This document shows, piece by piece, positions 58,590 through 64,000 of a DNA stretch of 64,000 nt; the first letter of the stretch is position 1, and each line of letters begins with the position of its first letter. Source of the DNA: an uncultured bacterium (GTDB lineage Bacteria; Verrucomicrobiota; Kiritimatiellia; RFP12; UBA1067); NCBI GenBank assembly GCA_902801025.1, contig CADCGZ010000028.1, forward strand, positions 2,264-66,263. Direction: 5' to 3'. The translations under genes were made by a program, and so were the position numbers. The notes beneath the pieces were generated by a model that made no database searches, had not been told where the DNA came from, and was given only the letters and a program-made list of their open reading frames with translations.

Positions 58590-61418
58590 ATGCAGTTCAT
58601 AAACATGGCGATGCTCTTCGCGCTCTCGGCCGTCGCGATACCGATCATCATCCAGCTCCTCACCCGCAAGAACGCGAGGAAGATCCAGTGGGGCGCGTGG
58701 CTGTTCCTCGACAAGACGATGAAGAAGCGCAAGAGGAAGGTGCTTCTCGAGGACATTCTCCTGCTTGCGAGCCGTTGCCTCGCGGTGGGGCTTCTCGCGC
58801 TCGCGTTCGCGCGTCCGTTCGTGAGGCCCGACTCTCCTGTCCCGTGGGCGGTCACGATGCCAATGATGCTCATCTCCATCGTCGCGATAGGAATCTCGTT
58901 CGCCCTCTGGCGCTATCCGAAGCACCGGCTCTGCATGATGGCGTTCGGCATTCTCCTCTTCGTCCTGTCGATAGCGACGATCGTGTTTGAGCGCCAGTTG
59001 AACCTCAAGCGCTTCGGCCTTGGTGCGACAAAGGACGTCGTTCTCATAATCGACGGATCCGCTTCGATGTCGATCGTGAACGACGGGAAGTCAAACTTCG
59101 AGCGCGCGATAGAGGAGGCGAAGAAGTACGTCGAGCTTGCCCCGCGCAACACGTCGTTCGCCGTGATCATCGGCGGCCCCGTTCCGCAGGTGATGAACCC
59201 CGTGCCGATCGCAGACAAGCGCGTGATCCTCTCGACGCTCGACCGCCTCTACATTGCGAACGGCACCATGCAGATCGCGGGCAACCTCACTGCGGCGGCG
59301 GTCACTCTCGCCGCAGGCCACAACGCCGTCAAGCAGATTGTCATCGTCGGAGACGGCCAGACCGTCGGATGGCAGCTTGAGGACAAGGAGCGCTGGAAGA
59401 CCATAGGGCGCGTCTTCTCGTCGCTCAAGACCCAGCCGATAGTCACGTGGCGCACACTGCCGCTTCCCACCTCCATGAGAAACCTCGCCGTCGGCGCCGT
59501 GCGCCCTTCGAGGGACATTGTCGGCACCGACCGCGAAGTGAATCTCCAGGTCACGGTTGTCAATGCCGGTACCGAGGCCGTGACGCCGAAGGGCGTGTCG
59601 CTCACGGCCGAAGGCGAAGTGAAGAAGGCGCACGACCTGAGGCAGCTGGAGCCAGGCGAATCGCAGACTTTTACGTTCACGCACCGCTTCAAGAAGCCCG
59701 GCGGCACAATCGTCTCGGCGAAGGTCGACTCTGGCGATGACCTGCCCGCCGACGATGTCTACAAGTACGCGATGCCGGTTCTCGACAGCCTGCGGGTCCT
59801 TCTCGTAGAAGGCAGCCCGGGCGCACCGCTGATGAAGCGCTCCGCAACTTACACGGGGCTTGCGCTCCGTCCCGAGATGGCGGCTCTCACGGGAGAGGCG
59901 CAGGGCAGGGAATTCCTTCTCGAGACAATTGTCGAGGACGTGACGACCGCCGGCAGGCGCCGCGGCTTCGGCGGGTTTTCCGCAGTCGTGCTCGCCGGCG
60001 TCAGGCGGCTTTCCGACGAGACGCGCGACGCGCTCGCGCGGTTTGTCTCGCTTGGAGGCGGGCTTCTCGTCATGCCTTCGCCAGGGATGGACGGCAAGTT
60101 CTTCGATGAATGGGAGTTCGAAGGCAGGAAGGTTCTCCCCGCGCCCTTCGGCAAGTGGCGCAAGAACGAGTCCGCGCTCGATCCCGACGGCTTCCGCGAG
60201 ATGTTCGCGAGGTTCCGCACCGGCACGGACCTCGGCTCCGCGACGCCGGAGAGGGTGATGGACTTCGGCGAAGGATGGTCGTCGAACGCCGTGGTGGTGG
60301 CGAAGCTCGCCGACGGGGCTCCGTTCGCCATCACGCACAACTTAGGGCGCGGCATGGTGGTCGAGACGGCCGCTCTCTTCGACGCCGCCTCCGGGCTAGT
60401 CTCGAAGCGCGGGTTTGTGCCGATGGTGCACGAGCTTGCCTATTCTCTTGCGCGCCCTGCGTCAGTCTCGCTCGACGTCCGTCCCGCAGAGGGTCTTACA
60501 CTGCTAGTCGCGAGCGGCGCGTCCGGTACCGAGGTGTCCGGCGAGTCGGGTATCATGGGGTACTACTTCCCGAAGATCGGCTGCCTCGGCAAACCAGTCT
60601 CTCGCGTCGACAAGAACATCGCGTTCAACTGGGGCGGCGGCGGGCCGATGCAGGAAATCCCCGGCGACAACTGGTCCGCGCGCTGGCGCGGCGTCCTCAA
60701 GGTTCCCGAGACGGGCAACTACAAGATATGGTGGGATGTAGACGACCGCTTCTGGCTCAAGATCGGCGGCAAGGACGTTCGCTCCCACTCGTCCGTCAAG
60801 CTTGAAAAGGACAAGCCCTACGCCATTGAAGGCCGATTCGAGGAGGACGGCGGAATCGCGTTTGTCAACCTCAATTGGCAGATGCCGAACGGCAAGCGCG
60901 GGCAAATCCCGTCTTCGGTGTTCTTTACGAGCGCGGCCGGCGTAGAAGGGGCGGGCGAGGTCGTGGAGATGTCCGATCCACACGGCGAGACGTTCTATGC
61001 CGAGATGTTCCAGGGCGACGAAGGGCTGTTCCTTCGCATAACTCGGAGCGTCATCCCAGGCGTATACACCGTAAACGCCATTCCCGACGTGCTGAAGGAT
61101 GCCTGCCGCGGCGTGATTGACTTCGAGGGCAAGATACGCTTCACGGTCTCGTCGGGAGTCGAGGAATCGACGATGACGGCCATCACTCAGAACGAGCTTT
61201 CAGACCTCTGCAACTACGTCCAGATATCGCAGGCCATCAAGGACGAAGACGTCATAAAGGCGATTGGCGGCCAGAGCTTCGGCAAGGAAGTCTGGCGCGT
61301 TCTCGCGTTCGTCGCGTTCCTGTTCCTCGTCGCGGAGCCTGCGATTGCGCGCTGGATCGCGATAAACAGGCGCACTGGCGACATAATCGACACGGAGGGA
61401 TCATGGATCAGAACGTAA
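58590..61418 (+). CDS. Large membrane protein: BatA-like aerotolerance-regulator N-terminal domain + vWA domain + PA14/GLEYA-like domain + C-terminal TM anchor
   Basis: N-terminal TM helices with the BatA-like MQFINMAMLFAL...LTRKNAR motif; vWA MIDAS (VLIIDGSASM); PA14-like block (GDNWSARWRGVLKVPETGNYKIWWDVDDRFWLKIGG). Confidence 0.65.
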   Translation: MQFINMAMLFALSAVAIPIIIQLLTRKNARKIQWGAWLFLDKTMKKRKRKVLLEDILLLASRCLAVGLLALAFARPFVRPDSPVPWAVTMPMMLISIVAIGISFALWRYPKHRLCMMAFGILLFVLSIATIVFERQLNLKRFGLGATKDVVLIIDGSASMSIVNDGKSNFERAIEEAKKYVELAPRNTSFAVIIGGPVPQVMNPVPIADKRVILSTLDRLYIANGTMQIAGNLTAAAVTLAAGHNAVKQIVIVGDGQTVGWQLEDKERWKTIGRVFSSLKTQPIVTWRTLPLPTSMRNLAVGAVRPSRDIVGTDREVNLQVTVVNAGTEAVTPKGVSLTAEGEVKKAHDLRQLEPGESQTFTFTHRFKKPGGTIVSAKVDSGDDLPADDVYKYAMPVLDSLRVLLVEGSPGAPLMKRSATYTGLALRPEMAALTGEAQGREFLLETIVEDVTTAGRRRGFGGFSAVVLAGVRRLSDETRDALARFVSLGGGLLVMPSPGMDGKFFDEWEFEGRKVLPAPFGKWRKNESALDPDGFREMFARFRTGTDLGSATPERVMDFGEGWSSNAVVVAKLADGAPFAITHNLGRGMVVETAALFDAASGLVSKRGFVPMVHELAYSLARPASVSLDVRPAEGLTLLVASGASGTEVSGESGIMGYYFPKIGCLGKPVSRVDKNIAFNWGGGGPMQEIPGDNWSARWRGVLKVPETGNYKIWWDVDDRFWLKIGGKDVRSHSSVKLEKDKPYAIEGRFEEDGGIAFVNLNWQMPNGKRGQIPSSVFFTSAAGVEGAGEVVEMSDPHGETFYAEMFQGDEGLFLRITRSVIPGVYTVNAIPDVLKDACRGVIDFEGKIRFTVSSGVEESTMTAITQNELSDLCNYVQISQAIKDEDVIKAIGGQSFGKEVWRVLAFVAFLFLVAEPAIARWIAINRRTGDIIDTEGSWIRT

Positions 61419-64000
61419 TACGCACGGATCTGCTCCCCGAGACGATGGCGCTGTGGATAATAGCGCTGCTCGCCGTCTTTGGCGTCGCGGCGTGGGTCGC
61501 CTGCCATCTGGCGGTGAAGCGCTTCGCCGCGAACAAGCTCAACGTATGGTACAGGGGGCTCTTGAGCGTGCCGCTCGGGACGATCGCGTGCTGGCTTGTC
61601 CTTCAGACGCTCGGACGCATGATGTTCCTGGCGACGCCCTGGTCGCTGTTCTTCGCGGCAGTCCTCGGTGCTTTCGCAATCGAGGCCGTGAGCGCCTTCT
61701 ACGGCCACGAATGCGCACGTGTTCCGCCGCGGACGGCGAAGATTCTCGTCGCGTGCCGAATGGCGGCCGTGGCTGTCACGCTCCTTGTCCTGATGCAGCC
61801 GGTCATCGTAGGCGAACGCGAACGCACAGTGAAGGAGCGCGTCCTCGTGCTTGTCGACGATTCCGCGTCGATGCACTTTAATGACACGCTCCTTACGGAT
61901 GCGGAGAAGAAGGACATCGTCTCCGCCCTCAAGCTCGACAAGTTCCCGGACGGCGGGATGACGCGCGCGGAGATGGTCCGACGCCTCCTCGCCGCCGGTG
62001 GCGACAACAGCTTCCTGAAGCGTACCGCCCGCAAGTACGAGGTCGACGTCTTCAGGTTCGGAAATGGGCTCCTGCGCGACGAGTCGATCGGCGAGGAGAA
62101 GCCGGTCGACGCAAAGGAAGAGAATTTCCGCTCGGTCACCGACGTAACCAAGGCGCTTGAACTTGCGATCAAGGAGGTCCCCGCCGAGGAGATTACCTCG
62201 ATAATAATCTTCAGCGACGGCATCCACAACGGCGACGCCGGCGTCGAGTCGATCTCCCGCAAGCTCGGCGGATACGGCATCCAGGTCTCCACGGTGCTTG
62301 TCGGCGGCAGCGTGAAGCCGTTCGACCTCGCGATAGCGACCGCCGACTCTCCCGAGTCCGTCTTTCTCGGCGACAAGGTGCGCTTCACAGTGCGCGTTGC
62401 GGCGACGCGCGCCAATGGGCGCAAGGCGAAGCTCCATTTCACCAACGAGAGCGGGCAGCTCGACGAGAAGGAGTTCACCGTAGAGGGCGACGACTGGTCG
62501 AAGGAGTTCAAGTTCACCGACGTGCCGAAGGACCAGGGGGTCTACAGCTACAACTTCTCGGTGACGCACTTGGATGGCGAGCTTTTCGAGGACAACAACG
62601 ACCGCCAGCTCGAAGTCGCAGTCTCAGACGACCGCGTGAACGTCCTTCTCGTCGACGGCCGCCCGCGCTGGGAATACCGATACCTAAGGAACCTCTTCTA
62701 CGGTCGCGACAAGTCGGTGCACCTGCAGGACTGGCTCGTCCATCCCGACTCAATCTACGGCATCCAGCCGAAGCTTCTCGAATATGCGAGTGCATCGCGT
62801 CCGTTCGGGCAGTCCGAGGCCGGCGGATGGCCGATACAGGACAACGACTGGCGCCAGTTCGACGTCATCATAGTGGGCGACATCGGCGAAGACGTGCTTA
62901 CGGAAGACGTCATCGAGCAGCTCAGGTACAATGTCGAGGACAGGGGTGCGCTTCTTGTTCTCATCTCCGGCTCGGAGTACATGCCGTACTCCATCACGAA
63001 CCAGAAGCTCCGCGATCTGATGCCGATAGAGTACGAGCCGTCGCCGCAGAGCCGACGTGTCGCGCCCGAAGACGCGTTCGTCTTCCAGCTTGCGGCGGCG
63101 GGGCGCGGCCACCCTGTCATGAACCAGAGTTCGTCGTCGTCCGAGAACGAGGACATCTGGGCCGAGATACCCGATTTCCACTGGCGGCTGCCGATCTCGG
63201 GCGTCAAGCCGGGCGCGGACATCCTTGCCTACGCGAAGACGAAGAAGGAGTCCGGCTCCGAGGTCGCCGGTGCCGTCGCAGAGTCGATCGCCGCCACTAT
63301 CGAGGAGGATCCAGAGGCCGCGCTGAAGCGCCTCGAGGACATGCGCGGCGAGCAGGGGCGCAACGCGCTCGTCGTGGCCGGCGCGAAAGGCAAGGGCAAA
63401 GTCCTGATGCTGACGACCGACTCGATGTGGCGTCTCCGCTCCAAGACCGGCGACCAGCTGCACCACCGCTTCTGGGGGCAGATAATGCGCTGGGGGGCCG
63501 GAGAGAAGCTCAGGAGCGGCAACATGTACGTCCGTCTCGGCACCGACCAGCTTAGATACGGCGCCGGCGAGCCCGTGAAGGCGCTCGTAAGGTTCCTCGA
63601 CGAGAAGCACAACGGAATCGACGGCCTCGATCCGCGCATCCTCGTCCGGGTCCCGAACAGTGGTGCGCGCGTCTCCGTGTTCAACGCAAAGAAGCGCCCC
63701 GACTCAAACGGGCTCTACGAAGTCGAGATCCACGGCTGCACGACGCCGGGGCTCTACGAGGTGCGGCTTGACTGCCCCAAGGCGCAGGAGATGCTTGGCC
63801 GCCGCTATCCGGCGGAAAAGCTAAAGACAAGCTTCGTCGTGGTCACGGCGAAGCAGCCCGCGGAGAAGGTCGACACTACGTCGACGCGCAACCATGTCGA
63901 GCGCGTTGCGGCCGCAACAGGGGGAAAGGTCCTCACGCCCTCCGAGTATATCGCCCTCAACAGCGACTTCGGCGGCGGCTCGAAGCGCATATCAGACCGC
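61403..64000 (+). CDS. Second large vWA-domain membrane protein (BatB-like), 3' end outside the window
   Basis: Uninterrupted frame from ATG 61403 to the window end, not listed in the ORF track (probably because no stop is reached). N-terminal TM helices and vWA MIDAS (VLVLVDDSASM); overlaps the upstream stop. Confidence 0.6.
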   Translation, partial: MDQNVIRTDLLPETMALWIIALLAVFGVAAWVACHLAVKRFAANKLNVWYRGLLSVPLGTIACWLVLQTLGRMMFLATPWSLFFAAVLGAFAIEAVSAFYGHECARVPPRTAKILVACRMAAVAVTLLVLMQPVIVGERERTVKERVLVLVDDSASMHFNDTLLTDAEKKDIVSALKLDKFPDGGMTRAEMVRRLLAAGGDNSFLKRTARKYEVDVFRFGNGLLRDESIGEEKPVDAKEENFRSVTDVTKALELAIKEVPAEEITSIIIFSDGIHNGDAGVESISRKLGGYGIQVSTVLVGGSVKPFDLAIATADSPESVFLGDKVRFTVRVAATRANGRKAKLHFTNESGQLDEKEFTVEGDDWSKEFKFTDVPKDQGVYSYNFSVTHLDGELFEDNNDRQLEVAVSDDRVNVLLVDGRPRWEYRYLRNLFYGRDKSVHLQDWLVHPDSIYGIQPKLLEYASASRPFGQSEAGGWPIQDNDWRQFDVIIVGDIGEDVLTEDVIEQLRYNVEDRGALLVLISGSEYMPYSITNQKLRDLMPIEYEPSPQSRRVAPEDAFVFQLAAAGRGHPVMNQSSSSSENEDIWAEIPDFHWRLPISGVKPGADILAYAKTKKESGSEVAGAVAESIAATIEEDPEAALKRLEDMRGEQGRNALVVAGAKGKGKVLMLTTDSMWRLRSKTGDQLHHRFWGQIMRWGAGEKLRSGNMYVRLGTDQLRYGAGEPVKALVRFLDEKHNGIDGLDPRILVRVPNSGARVSVFNAKKRPDSNGLYEVEIHGCTTPGLYEVRLDCPKAQEMLGRRYPAEKLKTSFVVVTAKQPAEKVDTTSTRNHVERVAAATGGKVLTPSEYIALNSDFGGGSKRISDR

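Noticed and set aside
61453-61881. 142-aa + strand ORF listed in the track
   Set aside because: A different + frame is open from ATG 61403 to the window end and encodes a vWA membrane protein with a clear MIDAS motif. The listed ORF is an out-of-frame Arg-rich artefact.

Overview
High-GC (~60-65%) Gram-negative chromosomal segment. At least 42 of 44 credible genes are on the + strand. It probably comes from a polysaccharide-degrading bacterium of the PVC-like group (Verrucomicrobia/Lentisphaerae/Kiritimatiellae-type); this is a guess from gene content only. Gene content, 5' to 3': partial M16 peptidase, mreB, a lipoprotein, a ferredoxin-nitroreductase, a hipBA toxin-antitoxin pair, glnN (type III glutamine synthetase). 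Then a nucleotide-biosynthesis block purF-carA-pyrG-carB, a stand-alone HATPase_c protein, DUF456 and DRTGG genes (the only minus-strand genes), kdsB, an AzlD-family protein, ligA, pyrC, and an FHA/Pro-rich protein. Then a CAZyme cluster (GH5-like+CBM9, GH29 fucosidase, an unknown 785-aa protein, GH2, GH9, DUF4886-GH78) interrupted by nusB-ribD-(ADP-ribosylglycohydrolase-like)-ribE. Then an SMC-like ORF fused in frame to lpxB, pta-like, secG, an SDR epimerase, miaB, a TAT-exported Gfo/Idh/MocA oxidoreductase plus a xylose-isomerase-like/DUF1080 protein, prs, pth, a trpB-like gene, and an FHA-MoxR / DUF58 / BatA-vWA-PA14 / vWA membrane-protein module that runs off the window end. The most unusual signal is that at least six families of short repeat elements (palindromic MITE-like units and tandem oligomers) are inserted IN FRAME, without stop codons, into loops and linkers of essential conserved genes (purF, carA, pyrG, carB, kdsB, lpxB, GH2), and also at gene boundaries. 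purF additionally appears broken at its PRPP-binding loop. A recurrent TTTGGTATAAT-type extended -10 box lies only 6-25 nt upstream of many start codons, implying leaderless or near-leaderless mRNAs. No rRNA, tRNA or CRISPR array was recognised.
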